Assembly: GCA_951406725.2 (NCBI GenBank)
Contig: OX597831.1
Span: forward strand, 67,084,001 to 67,148,000
Direction: 5' to 3'
From: Octopus vulgaris
Lineage: Eukaryota
DNA: 64,000 bases
Part shown: positions 12,860 through 25,487 of the stretch, piece after piece
Position numbering within the stretch: the first letter of the stretch is position 1
Layout: the number at the start of each line of letters is the position of its first letter
Program-made: the position numbers and the translations under genes
Notes under the pieces: model-generated
What the model was told of the DNA's origin: nothing
Databases searched by the model: none
The model's input: only the letters and a program-made list of their open reading frames with translations

Positions 12860-13755
12860 TTCCTCACCCTTAGGGTTGGCACACTCAATGTGGGCACATT
12901 AAAAGGTAGGTCTGGTGAGATTGTTGAGATGTTTAGAAAGAGAGCCCGGATAAGATGCAGTTTGGTTTTGTGCCTGGGAGAAGCATGACTAATGCTATAT
13001 TCCTGGTAAGGCAACATCAAGAGGAGTATTGAGCCAAAAATAAACCTTTGTACTTTGCTTTTGTAGGCCTGGAGAAAGTCTTTGACAGGATTCCCTGCTC
13101 CCTTTTCTGGTGGTCAATGTGGAAGCTATGGATAAATGAGTGGTTGGTGAGAGCTGTACAAGCCATAAACAGGGATGCTGCCGTTAAGGTGAAGGTTGGC
13201 AATGAGTACAGCAATGAATTTAGTGTACAAGTAGTTCGCCAAGGATCATTTCTCGACCCCCTCTTGTTTATCATAGTTCCTCCAGGCATAACAAGGAATT
13301 CAAGACTTGCTGCCCTTAGGAGCTCCTCTACACTGATGACCTTGTTCTTATAGCTGAATCACTATCTACCTAGAGAAGAAATTTCAGATGTGGAAGCAAA
13401 GTCTGGAATCTAAGGGCCTTTAGCAAAGGCCAACGTTCCAGTAAGTAAGACAATAAACAAATCACAGATCCCTTCAGGGAGATGACCCTGCTCAATTTGT
13501 AAGAAGAGTGTTGGTAGAAACAGGAAAGTTAACAGAGAAAATAGTCTTTGTGTGTGGCATATGTGCTGGTATGATAAGCTAGTATGGTCATGTGATGCAC
13601 ATGCATAAGGATTGCTGTGTAAAGAAGTGCTGATCCTTAATTGTGGAGGGAACTTCTGGAAGATGTGGAACAAAGTAGTGAGAAAGGATCATCAGACACT
13701 AGGCCTCCCTGAGAAGATGACAAAGCACCGGGACTTGTGGTGATTTGCTCATCTG
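12860..13755 (+). pseudogene. Heavily deleted RTE-clade LINE (APE endonuclease start, RT fragments)
   Basis: LRVGTLNVGTLKGRSGEIVE (APE N-terminus) and YFAFVGLEKVFDRIP...VRQGSFLDPLLFIIV (RT motifs), with frameshifts and stops. Confidence 0.82.
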
Positions 13756-14312
13756 AACATGGCCGTTGCCAGCGCCGCCCTGACTGGCCTCCATGCCGGT
13801 GGCACGTAAAAAGCACCATCCGATCGTGGCCGTTGCCAGCCTCGTCTGGCACGTAAAAAGCACCCACTACACTCACGGAGTGGTTGGCGTTAGGAAGGAC
13901 ATCCAGCCGTAGAAACACTGCCAAATCAGACTGGAGCCTGGGGCAGCCTTCTGGCTTCCCAGACCCCAGTTGAACCGTCCAACCCATGCCTGCATGGAAA
14001 GCGGATGTTAAATGATGATGATGATAAGACATGTCAAGCTAAGCAAAATCACAGCCACCATACCTACAGGCCTGTTCTTTATGGCCTCCCAGCTGAGAGG
14101 TCTTTGTCTTGCAGGAGCCACTGCCACGTAAGATGCACTTGTGCCAGTGCTATGGCACGTAAAAAGCACCCAGCACACTGTAAAGTGGTTGGTATTAGGA
14201 AGGACATCCAGCCATAGAAACCATGCCGAAACAGACAGATGGAGTCTGGACAGTTCTCCAGTTCGCTAGCCCCTGTCAAACTGTCTAAACCATGCCAGCA
14301 ATGATGATGATG
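13756..14312 (+). mobile_element. Two tandem RTE-tailed SINE-like copies
   Basis: Repeated ggcacgtaaaaagcacc, aggaaggacatccagcc and (gat)n tails. Confidence 0.72.
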
Positions 14313-14544
14313 AAACTGCAGGATCTTATACAAAGATACGGATGAACCTAAAAATGATTAATTTGGAACATAGCTGTGTTTTCGATATATTTCTAAAATA
14401 AAAGCTGTTTGCTATATGTAAAGAAACATATACGAGTGTATGCACTATATACACACATTATATATAAACATACTCTTATATACAGCTCCAGATCAAACAA
14501 AGCCTTGTAAGTAGAATGGAAACTGTGTGAAAGCCTATTGTATA

Positions 14545-14892
14545 CTCTTATTCTCTTTTATTTGTTTCAGTCATTTGACTGCGGCCATGCTGGAGCACCG
14601 CCTTTGATACTTATTCTATCGGTCTCTTTTAGCCGAACTGCTAAGTGACGGGGACATAAACACACCAGCATCGGTTGTCAAACAATGCTAGGGGGACAAA
14701 CACACATATATAGATATACATATATATGACAGGCTTCTTTCAGTTTCTGTCTACCAAATCCACTCACAAGGCATTGGTCGGCCCGGGGCTATAGCAGAAG
14801 ACACTTGCCCAAGATGCCACGCAGTGGGACTGAACCCGGAACCATGTGGTTGGTAGGCAGAGCTACTTACCACACAGCCACTCCTGCGCCTA
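14545..14892 (-). mobile_element. SINE family 1
   Basis: Same head and tail motifs as the other copies. Confidence 0.88.
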
Positions 14893-15180
14893 TATATGTA
14901 TTCTTATTAATATTTAGCAGAAGCAACAAAGTGATTCAAGGGCCAAGAGTTTTGCATGTCAGCATTTTTCAATCTGCTAAAACACACACACAAGTTCCTG
15001 TAAAAGACAGTTCAGTATTTTCTGTAAATGCACAAAAACCATATTAAGGGCTGCATACTTGGTATTGTTGTTATTGAATTAGCGAAACAATTATGAGGAC
15101 GGAACCAAGGGATGAGACCCCTTTCCTGGGAATTACTGGGTACATCAACTAGTAGATATATATATATATGTATATATATA

Positions 15181-16441
15181 TCAGGTCATCTCACAAGTTC
15201 TGTCAGAATTTTGAATAAAGAAAACAAGTGATCAAATGTTATATTTAACTGAAATTTAATCATCAATGTACTTTCCCTAATTATCTATGACTTCCTTCCA
15301 TCTATTTACAAGTTTTTTAATCCCATCAATGTAAAACTCTTTTGATTTCAAACCAAAGAACTCTGAAATGTCAGTTTTGACCTCCTCCTGGCTTGCGAAA
15401 GTTATGTCCCCCAAATGATTCTGTAAACTACAAAACAAATGGTAGTCTGAAGGAGCAAGGTCAGGAAAATAAGGTGGATGAGGAATTTTTTTCCCAACCA
15501 AGCTCTTTGATCTTCTGTGATGTGATCTTTGCAGTGTGGGGTCATACATTGTCCTGATGAAATATCACTCCTTTTCGATTCACTAAAGCAGGTCTTTTTT
15601 TTCTTCAAAGCTTGGTTCAAATGCTCTAATTGCTGACAGTAGACTTGAGCATTGATTGTTGCATTAGGTGGTAACAATTCAAAGTGAATTACTCCTTTGC
15701 AATCCCACCAGATAGAGAGAAGAACCTTTTTTCCATGAAGTTCCCTTCTCGGTTGTGGTTGAGCTTTTTCCTTTTTACCAAGACACTGTTTATGACTGTT
15801 TTTCATCACCAGTCACAAGTCTATCCAAAAAGGGTGAAATGAGTTCATGAGAATGGAGAGAAGAGCAGATGTCAACTTGGGATTTGCAGTTGCTTTCGGA
15901 CAATTTCTGAGGCACCAATTTTCCAAGTTTAGGACCCTTTCCAACTTGTTGAAGATGACGAAGAGTTGTATGGTTTGAACTAAGCTTTGTCACCAATTCT
16001 TCAACTGATAATGCAGGATTTTCTTCAAGTAATGCCTCAAGGAGCTTATCATCAAGCTCAAATGGACGTCCTTTTTGATTTTCATCTTTTAGGCTGAAAT
16101 CTCCACTTCTGAATTTTGCAAACCATCTGCAAGTTCTTTCATTCAAGCATAAACTGAGTGTATGTTTCGAGTCGCTTCGGCTGCAGAGTTTCCTTTTTGT
16201 ACTCAAAGCATTGTGTGCCCTAAATGCTCTTTGGATACTTCCATATTTTAATCAGGGTTTTAATCAAAGAAAGCGTTTTAATCAAAGAATTCAATTATTC
16301 TGTAAAATAATATTTAATTAGTTTAAATGTACACAAATGAATAAAAATAATTTTTAATTCCATTAGACATTTTAAAATACTATTAAATTTCATTCAATTT
16401 TAAAAAAGGTAAAATCGGACAGAACTTATGGGATGACCTGA
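15181..16441 (-). mobile_element. Mariner (DD34D) DNA transposon, full length, transposase frameshifted
   Basis: TIRs tcaggtcatctcacaagttctgtc / gacagaacttatgggatgacctga with TA flanks. Motifs VTGDE, SIWWD and HPPYFPDLAPSDY. Confidence 0.95.
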
Positions 16442-16606
16442 TATATATATATATTAAACATTATCTGAGAGAAATTTTCTTTAAGTAGTGGAAATGGCTA
16501 AAAAACTTTTTGGGCTGCTATTTCTAGAAAGTTCAGTATTGTGGCAAAGTAATTTATTTTACTAAGCCCTAATTATATAATAATATATATATATATATAT
16601 ATATAC

Positions 16607-17189
16607 AAATTGATGGGATAACATATATCCAAAATACTGCTAGTGAAGTACCCAACAAAGTTAATACATAAATGTTAATGATTGCGATGCAACCAATTCA
16701 TTTACTGTATTATATGGGCAAAGGTAAAATGATTTACCACAAATTACTAATACAAGATAAGAAAATGGAGAAATACATCTAAATCAAATATCAATTACCA
16801 GATAATACTCAATCACATACTTTATTAAACCACCACATAAGTGACTGTAGGGTTAAATATAAAAAGCAGAACAAATCAGTGTAACCATAAAGGGCTAATA
16901 TTGGTAAAATGAGACATACTTATCTACATGGCCGAAACAGCTGTAAGATGTAACCTATACTTATATTTATATTCTCTTTTATATATATTCTACTTATTAT
17001 ACAACATTACTCTTTTATGTTTTTATGTACACTGTTTTATGTACATTCCTTTATGTACACTGATTTGTTCTGCTTTTTATATTTAACCCTACAGTCTCTT
17101 ATGTGGTGGTTTAATAAAGTATGTGATTGAGTATTATCTGGTAATTGATATTTGATTTAGATGTATTTCTCCATTTTCTTATCTTGTAT
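16607..17189. mobile_element. PLE pLTR-type inverted insertion in (TA)n with a half hammerhead
   Basis: 134-bp inverted arms at 16750-16883 and 17056-17189. ggccGAAAcagctgTAagatg at 16930-16950. Confidence 0.65.
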
Positions 17190-17225
17190 ATATATATATA
17201 TAGATATATATATACACATATATAT

Positions 17226-17254
<29 letters not shown>

Positions 17255-17256
<2 letters not shown>

Positions 17257-17322
17257 AGAATAGCCTGGGCAAAGTTCAGAGAGCTCTTATCTCTGCTGGT
17301 GACAAAGGGCCTCTTGCTCAGA
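17255..17322 (+). pseudogene. Tiny RTE RT fragment
   Basis: Translates as RIAWAKFRELLSLLVTKGLLLRV. Confidence 0.55.
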
Positions 17323-18212
17323 GTTAAAAAGAAATGTATTTCTTCTGAAAAACCATAAAAATAAAAGTTTAATAACGACCCAAATAAAACAGTCTTAGAC
17401 AAGACACGATAAGCTTGCATCCCAGACCATGTTTTTGGTTTTGACTTTAGCAATTGTTACTACTGTTTGAGACTGAACAACATCTAGATTAGCTATAATT
17501 TTTTTTTTTTGTAATTAGTACTATTACTTATCATTACCTAATTGTTGCAGAAATAATGTCAAATATCGACGGTTTCTAACCTCACAAGATAACGATAATT
17601 GTTGAAGTTATGATCAAGATTCCACACACATGGTTTCGGACGCTGATTGACCGTGTCTTGTCTCAGACCGTTTTGTCTGCAGCAGTGTGCAGCCGGCGGC
17701 TTAACAGAACAGCAATGAACACGATCACTGTGTCACTTACCAAGTCACAATGATAAAAAAGCAAGTCTGTAGAATTAACGCACGCACTGATGGATTTACG
17801 GTTTCAAATAAGGCTATAACTAACTCAATCTCACAAAATAAGTCAGTATCAAGTTGGCCTAAGTAAATAAAATCCATAGCACAGATCACAATGGAAATGT
17901 GGACGAGACAGGAACACTTCGTGTATCATACGTGAAGTCACTTACTCCCACTTGGCTGCTGTAGCTGCCAAGGAAATTATTACTTTATATACTTGTTGCT
18001 TTTTTCATTGGGTTCAAAGAAAAATGCTTCCAATCTCTGGGAGCGACGCCAATAAACACAGTCAACTTTCCTTTCGTCTAAGTGTGTATTGTAAGTTTAG
18101 GACGTATAATGAGTTTTGACAAAATAATATTCAATCTCAGAAAAGAAAGAAAATATACCAATGGCCGCAGACGGCTGCACTTGATGGCCCGGAAGGCCGT
18201 AGCTTCCCCCTG
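17323..18212 (+). mobile_element. 3' portion of a hAT (Charlie/SPIN-like) element
   Basis: Near-identical to 47376-48268, which follows a hAT transposase relic. ggccgc-rich subterminal end. Confidence 0.7.
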
Positions 18213-18299
18213 CTAGAGCATGAGGTCTGTTTTAGTGGTTTTCTAGAACATGTGATATGTGTAGGCTTGTTTAAATGCGAAATATTTATATATTATCTT

Positions 18300-18700
18300 T
18301 CTATCTTTATCTTTTACTTGTTTCAGTCATTTGACTGCGCCCATGCTGGAGCATCGACTTTAATCGAACAACTCAACCCCGGGACTTATTCTTTTTGTAA
18401 GCCCAGTACTTATTCTATTGGTCTCTTTTGCTGAACCGCTAAGTAACGGGGACATAAACACACCAGCATCGGTTGTCAAGCAATGCTAGGGGGACAAACA
18501 CAGACACACAAACACACAAACACACACACGCATATATATATATACACATACACGACAGGCTTCTTTCAGTTTCCGTCTACCAAATCCACTCACAAGGCTT
18601 TGGTCGGCCCGAGGCTATAGTAGAAGACACTTGCCTAAGGTGCCACGCAGTGGGACTGAACTCGGAACCATGTGGTTGGTAAACAAGCTACTTACCACAC
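18300..18700 (-). mobile_element. SINE family 1
   Basis: Same head and tail motifs as the other copies. Confidence 0.88.
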
Positions 18701-19084
18701 AACACCACATTCTTTTTTATTTTTGTTTATATCCTATCCATTTAATGCATTTAGAGGATATAAGTTTGTATTTAATAATCAAGCTTCCTTTAATTAAATG
18801 AAACACAATGTTTTTGGTGGAAGAATATACTAAGCAAATTATTTTAGTGATCTGAGGACCAAATGCAATGTTACCATTTTGGGGTTCACGACTTAGTTTG
18901 CCAAGACGACTTGTTGTTGTGAAGGAGCTTGTACAGTGTTTCTCGATCTTCTGGGAAAAACGGACAATTGAAGATGGTATTTACTATTTCAAATTAATAT
19001 TACTGTTTTTTTTTTCTTTCTCATGAATAAATTCTCTCTCTAAAATGAAGAATATATTGGGTAATGTAATGCTAGACAAACTTT

Positions 19085-19501
19085 GGATCTTTTCGGTTTG
19101 AACGGCAGTTTTTTCTAGCGGTGTCATATGAAATTGTCACTCATAATTATGACCCTAGTATCGATCTATTGTATTTCAATCTGTTTTAGGGTTAGGGTTA
19201 GGGGTGGGGTGGGGGAGGGTATTTTTTTTCTTCACAAATGTAAATAAACCCAATCTATTTCTTAAACGAGGGACATATTCATACGGCACAGAATGTTTTT
19301 TTTTAACCTCAATAGACGTGGTTGAAATTGCAGAAATTGAAGAAAAAAACAACAACAAATATCTTACAAACTATAGAATTTTCTCAATAAAGCCAAGAGA
19401 AAAAGATGTTTTATAAACATATTCTACCAGTATACGAAGTTTAAAATTTTTTAGTTACCTAGAAATTATGTTAAAAACTGCCGTTCAAACCGAAAAAATC
19501 C
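19085..19501 (+). mobile_element. TTAGGG-bearing MITE
   Basis: Same TIRs. Flanks caaacttt/taaacttt (7/8 TSD match). Confidence 0.9.
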
Positions 19502-19902
19502 TAAACTTTTCCTTTAAAAATAAGCATGGGATGATTAATGCTAAAATATCTTTGATCCTAGGTCTGCTGTATCGGCCTAAAGAACAACAACTAATTTGTT
19601 TTGACAGCCAATAGTTTTATTAAAGGGTTATAATCAAAATCATTATGATGGTGGTTATTTCCCTTGAATTGAATTTCTTTACATATCTCTGCAAAATAGG
19701 AAAGTTCGCCGAAGTAGAATAAATTATTTTGCCGTGAAGAGTAGGTTCATTTATCGGAGAGAAACGAAATGTTTATTAGATGTGGAAATTATATTGGAAA
19801 ACAAATTATTATCAAAGAATAATAGGGCAGGATAAAAACTGCCGAAACAACGAAATAATCAGGAATTGCGGTAAGGAAACACACACACGCGTGCGCGCAT
19901 GG

Positions 19903-19959
<57 letters not shown>

Positions 19960-19964
<5 letters not shown>

Positions 19965-20425
19965 TTAGTGAAGGGAAGAAATGGAGCCGAACGAAGATTC
20001 TACAAAATTCCTTTTTATTATTTTCTACACATGTTTCAAAGGCTGCAAATTCCCAAATTCGGATTGAATAAGGAGACCATTCTGCAGCTTTCTCTTCAGG
20101 AAAATCCAGGAATTTAAAATTTCCAAACAAATGCGCAGCAAGCTTTTCGAACAAACTCCTTATTCAATCCGAATTTGGGAATTTGCAGCCTTTGAAACAT
20201 GTGTAGAAAATAATAAAAAGGAATTTTGTAGAATCTTCGTTCGGCTCCATTTCTTCCCTTCACTAAATATATAAAACTTCAATTATCCGCGCTAAAGCAC
20301 GGGGGCGAAACCCCATGGTCGTAACCTCAACCGTGTCTTTTCTGTTGTGATTTTTGCTACACAGGTATCGGTTAAATTTTGAATAATCCGTAACAAGATA
20401 ATTCATTTATCCATTTCATTAAATA
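19960..20425. mobile_element. PLE pLTR-type inverted insertion in (TA)n
   Basis: Apparently identical ~115-bp inverted arms at 19960-20075 and 20156-20272. Contains an HHR. Confidence 0.75.
20020..20105 (-). ncRNA. Type I hammerhead ribozyme with a canonical core and long stem II
   Basis: Minus strand: attttc CTGAAGA gaaagctgcaga...tttgcagccttt GAAA catgtg TA gaaaat. Confidence 0.82.
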
Positions 20426-20458
20426 TATATATATATATATAATTTATTATATAGAAGG

Positions 20459-20509
20459 AGCTTCTACAGGACTAGTACTGTTTCATTCAAGAGAAATCTT
20501 CAGGAAGCT
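20459..20509 (-). ncRNA. Minimal type I hammerhead ribozyme (inverted copy)
   Basis: Reverse complement of 25354-25404. Confidence 0.82.
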
Positions 20510-20871
20510 ATTTAACAAGAATTGTATTAGCATTTATACATTTAGGCAGGTTTAAAGGAGTGGTGGTGGGGGACTTTTTTGGGGGTAGGCATAGCGCAAA
20601 ATATCATACTTGGGGGAGTGGTCAAGGAGTCAGTGGTAAGTTAGATGAAAGAATAGATAAATAAAAAAATAAAAAAATAAAATAAAAAAGTAAAAAAATA
20701 AAATAAAAAAATAAAAAAATAAAAAAATAAAAAATATATATAAAAAATATATATATAAAAAATATATATATATAAAAAAAGGGGGATAGAGTTATAGGTA
20801 AATAAGGAGATTCTCACTTATACCTATACACATATGTATACGTATCTACACACACATATATATACACACAC

Positions 20872-20928
<57 letters not shown>

Positions 20929-21227
20929 TACACACACATATACATACATACATATCTACATACACACATACATACACCCGCCCACATATACAAATTTATA
21001 CACATGCACATGCATATACCTGTCTACACATACACACACGTATATATGCATACACTCACTCCCATGCGTGCACGCATACACACATGTATATATACACACG
21101 ACCACACTTACATATATACACAGAAAAATATATATTCATACGCACATACACTCATGCACACACAACACACCTGGTTCCCTATATACACATATTTACACCT
21201 ATATATACATACACCCACATACACATA

Positions 21228-21276
<49 letters not shown>

Positions 21277-21372
21277 GCATACATATATATACATGTGTGC
21301 ACATACATACATATACACACATACATACACATACACATACACATGTGTACCTATACATACCTACACATACAC

Positions 21373-21427
<55 letters not shown>

Positions 21428-21827
21428 CCAATACAGGCCCATTCCCTAATTTTAATTTTATTATCTTCATTTATTACTTTTGTTATCTTTGATCGCTAGA
21501 GCTAAGGGTCCTGGCTATGGCAGCATGTCCATTTGTCTGTCTACTAGAAGGCAAGTACTCATTCCCGCACGCACACTCATTAGCACGTACATTCACCCAT
21601 TCGTACACTCATACACATACACGTACGCACGCGTTATATTCATACATACAAACATCTACATACGTTCACGTATATACACATACGTACTCGTACCTACAGA
21701 TTCGTGTCTACACTTTAGGAGGCTAGTCTATACAAATACACCAATAAATATACATATATATATATATATACATATACACATATACATACACACACACACA
21801 TATATACTCCTACATACAGATACATAC

Positions 21828-21862
<35 letters not shown>

Positions 21863-21931
21863 GCGATCAAAGATAACAAAAGTAATAAATGAAGATAATA
21901 AAATTAAAATTAGGGAATGGGCCTGTATTGG

Positions 21932-21980
<49 letters not shown>

Positions 21981-22076
21981 GTGTATGTGTAGGTATGTAT
22001 AGGTACACATGTGTATGTGTATGTGTATGTATGTGTGTATATGTATGTATGTGCACACATGTATATATATGTATGC

Positions 22077-22123
<47 letters not shown>

Positions 22124-22422
22124 TATGTGTATGTGGGTGTATGTATATATAGGTGTAAATATGTGTATATAGGGAACCAGGTGTGTTGTGTGTGCATGAG
22201 TGTATGTGCGTATGAATATATATTTTTCTGTGTATATATGTAAGTGTGGTCGTGTGTATATATACATGTGTGTATGCGTGCACGCATGGGAGTGAGTGTA
22301 TGCATATATACGTGTGTGTATGTGTAGACAGGTATATGCATGTGCATGTGTATAAATTTGTATATGTGGGCGGGTATATGTATGTGTGTATGTAGATATG
22401 TATGTATGTATATGTGTGTGTA

Positions 22423-22461
<39 letters not shown>

Positions 22462-22464
<3 letters not shown>

Positions 22465-24940
22465 AGATGTACTCGCATAGCAAGTAATTTGATCTGAGAT
22501 CGTGTGCTGAAACGAAAACAATTGCAGCGTGGGAGGTGTTTATAAGCCATTTAAGAAACACACAAAAGCCGTTCGATTCACTCCAACATTTAAGTTTAAT
22601 TTGTCAAAATATTTTCGTCGCTAAAATCCGCGACCTGTTCACTGACAAAGTCCGTGCTGCATCTAAGAAAGTAACAGTTAGTTCGTCATATATATGTATG
22701 TACGTATGTATGTGTGTATGTATGCATACATGTGTGTATGTATGTACGTATTCATGTCCGCACATACGCCTGTGTATGCATGTATGTATGTATGTATGTA
22801 TGTATATATATGTATGTGTGTGTATAAGCACGCACATACACTCTATAAAACATAAAGTTATAAACCTGTAGCGATGGATGGATGTAGAGTGACCACTCAT
22901 CACAACGCTATCAAATTTCAACTCCCTACGGCCGAGGCTAGAAAGTGAATTTATGACGCTTGCTCACAAGAACTATACCCTAAAATCTATTATCAGATTT
23001 TTATCTCTATATCACAGAACTAATGTTTTACTATTGTTCGTATGTATGTATGTATGTGCGTATGTATGTATGTATGTATGTATGTATGTATGTATGTATG
23101 TATGTATGTATGTATGTATGTATGTATGTATGTATGTATGTACATACGTACGCATGTGTGTATGTATGTATACGCGCCCGTATGCATGTGCCCATGTATG
23201 TGTGTGTGTACATGTACGTGCGTATGTACGTGTGTATGCCCATACGTAGGTATGTATGTATGTTTGTATTCATGTGCTACGTATGTATGTGAGTGTCTAG
23301 GAGAATGGGCAGATGTGTCCGTGAGAGTGTGTACATGTGTATGTGTATGTGAACGTATGTCCGTGTACTGGCATGTGTCCGTCCAAGTTGTGTACATGAC
23401 TGTTACTTAGCTGAAGGTTGTATACATATTTACATATATGTTTGTATAGACGCACACACATATATATATATGTGTGTGGGTGTGTGTTTGTTCCTCTCAT
23501 CGTCGTCTAACCGTGAATGGGTACAACGCCTAGGTGCGACTGTTCGTATCAAACAACGTCTGCTCATACCGTTGTATATAACTGCACATACGCATTGCAA
23601 CCTGTATGTAAGGACTACAGGTGAAAGGGAGAGAGAGAGAGGGGTGGTTATAGAATAGTCCTTCTGAATGGGATCTGGATGTTATTCCATTCGGACTTTC
23701 GGTTGAGAGTAGGTTTGTATTCTTGTATACAAACAGCTTCTGTGACCTGTCTCAACATTGCATCGGTGGGATGTGTAGATAGGATGTTCAACTTAAGCTC
23801 CCCTAAGGATCCCTTGTGGCAGTCTACAGCATGTTGGTAGAAGATGGAGTTTGGCTTCCTTTCAATGTAGTTGTCCAGGTGTTCTTTGAACCTATCATTG
23901 ATGCTTCTAGAGGTCTCACCTATGTATGACTCCGGGTTAGCCGCGCAAGCTCCCTCCTGGCACTTAATCTGGTATACAGTGCCCTTGGTTTTACAATTTA
24001 CGTGTGGATTTGTCGAACACACTGCACAATTACTCTGACAGGTGATTCTATCAAATGGATATGATCTGCATAATGCCGATTTGATAGTCCTACCTGTCTT
24101 TTCTACAACTTTAACTTTTAGGCCCGTAGTGCGCAGGACTTTCTTGAATGCCTTACTTAGCTCGTTCATAGGTGTGGCGTCAACGAACATCACTCCGTGA
24201 AATCTCCTGTTATCGTACCAAGTAACGTTTCTCATCTTTTTGTTGGTGTCCCTCTCTAACCTATTCCAGAACTTGTTGCGGTACAGGGGGCATATACCGT
24301 TTTCGTCGTTCCCTAGAATGCGTTCGAATCTAGCTTTCGCTCCTTTGTACACCCTGACTCTATCGTCTTGTGTGTATCCGGAACGTTGCATTCGGAATAT
24401 GTAGTGCTGGATGTGTTGTTGTCGTTCTTGTGGTTGGCATAGTGGTGATACATTCCTCATTACTCTAACTAAGTCTGCCACTAGGATGTTGAGTTTGGCA
24501 GTATCCGACACAGCTGAGTCACTACGGATTACTAGTGGATTAGCCATCGGTTTCTGATAGTGTGAGTGGAGTATACATGGTTTAATGGTACCATTAACTA
24601 TAGCGTCTTCCATCCATAGCTCAGTATCTAGGACGGGTAATCGTTTACTGGGGTGTCTAGAGGGGTAGTCTATGGTAAGTTTTATACTGCTGTGGATAGA
24701 GTCAGCTATGTGTTGTATAGATGTCATCACCTGTTCTTCACTTGGTAGAGGGCCCATAACTGTGTCTGTATTACATTTCACAACAAGGTTAATGTCGTCG
24801 ACGTAACGAGAGTACATAGCCAAGTGGATGTTACGGTTTGCTAGGCACTGTTTAAAACGCTTGTCCCACCATACCATGAAGAGGTTAGCAACGTCACCGG
24901 CGATCCCCACTCCAATAGCACCGCCTTTCGTTTGCTTATA
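22462..24940 (-). mobile_element. 5'-truncated Penelope-like retroelement Y (RT C-half, GIY-YIG, microsatellite-rich 3' UTR, HHR) inserted in (TA)n
   Basis: ORF 23648-24943 and HHR 22600-22649 lie on the same strand. Both boundaries fall in the TA tract of element X. Confidence 0.9.
22600..22649 (-). ncRNA. Minimal hammerhead ribozyme with G3-C8 covariant core
   Basis: Minus strand: tttgtca GTGAACA g gtcgc ggatttta gcgac GAAA atat TT tgacaaa. Confidence 0.75.
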
Positions 24941-24943
24941 CAT
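23648..24943 (-). CDS. PLE reverse transcriptase (5'-truncated) + Cys-rich linker + GIY-YIG endonuclease
   Basis: YKQTKGGAIG (RT motif B'), YSRYVDD, LPVLD, HYQKP. Linker CQSNCAVC..C. GTVYQIKC..C..YIGETSRSINDRFKEH...EAVCIQEYKPTLN. Uninterrupted 431 aa; the ATG is supplied by the junction. Confidence 0.95.
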   Translation of the reverse strand: MYKQTKGGAIGVGIAGDVANLFMVWWDKRFKQCLANRNIHLAMYSRYVDDINLVVKCNTDTVMGPLPSEEQVMTSIQHIADSIHSSIKLTIDYPSRHPSKRLPVLDTELWMEDAIVNGTIKPCILHSHYQKPMANPLVIRSDSAVSDTAKLNILVADLVRVMRNVSPLCQPQERQQHIQHYIFRMQRSGYTQDDRVRVYKGAKARFERILGNDENGICPLYRNKFWNRLERDTNKKMRNVTWYDNRRFHGVMFVDATPMNELSKAFKKVLRTTGLKVKVVEKTGRTIKSALCRSYPFDRITCQSNCAVCSTNPHVNCKTKGTVYQIKCQEGACAANPESYIGETSRSINDRFKEHLDNYIERKPNSIFYQHAVDCHKGSLGELKLNILSTHPTDAMLRQVTEAVCIQEYKPTLNRKSEWNNIQIPFRRTIL

Positions 24944-25353
24944 ATATATTTGCTTATATATATATATGTATATATATATGTGTGTGTATATATATGTGTG
25001 TGTAGATACGTATACATATGTGTATAGGTATAAGTGAGAATCTCCTTATTTACCTATAACTCTATCCCCCCTTTTTTATATATATATTTTTTATATATAT
25101 ATTTTTTATATATATTTTTTATTTTTTTATTTTTTTATTTTTTTATTTTTTTATTTTATTTTTATTTTTTTACTTTTTTATTTTATTTTTTTATTTTTTT
25201 ATTTATCTATTCTTTCATCTAACTTACCACTGACTCCTTGACCACTCCCCCAAGTATGATATTTTGCGCTATGCCTACCCCCAAAAAAGTCCCCCACCAC
25301 CACTCCTTTAAACCTGCCTAAATGTATAAATGCTAATACAATTCTTGTTAAAT

Positions 25354-25404
25354 AGCTTCCTGAAGATTTCTCTTGAATGAAACAGTACTAGTCCTGTAGA
25401 AGCT
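25354..25404 (+). ncRNA. Minimal type I hammerhead ribozyme, canonical core
   Basis: agcttc CTGAAGA t ttc tctt gaa t GAAA cag tactagtc ctg TA gaagct, with palindromic loop III (actagt). Confidence 0.85.
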
Positions 25405-25487
25405 CCTTCTATATAATAAATTAATTTTACTCTGCTATGTATTGAGTACCTTACTTACTGTGGTTAACCCCGAATCAACCCGGGACC

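Noticed and set aside
16608-16652. tgatg-ggata..tatcc-aaaa hammerhead-like hairpin
   Set aside because: Several core positions are missing and there is no stem I.
20305-20326. gcGAAAccccatggTC half hammerhead
   Set aside because: No CUGANGA strand nearby, so it cannot be supported.
20814-23500. Many long YI/HT/CV-rich ORFs (also at 25.4-26, 43.5-45.8 and 52.5-53.1 kb)
   Set aside because: They are translations of TA/CA/TATG microsatellites that happen to lack stops; no domain signal.
23648-24943. Selenoprotein-type (in-frame UGA) PLE or telomerase
   Set aside because: No in-frame TGA in the visible ORF. It has a GIY-YIG domain and a hammerhead, typical of ordinary endonuclease-bearing PLEs.
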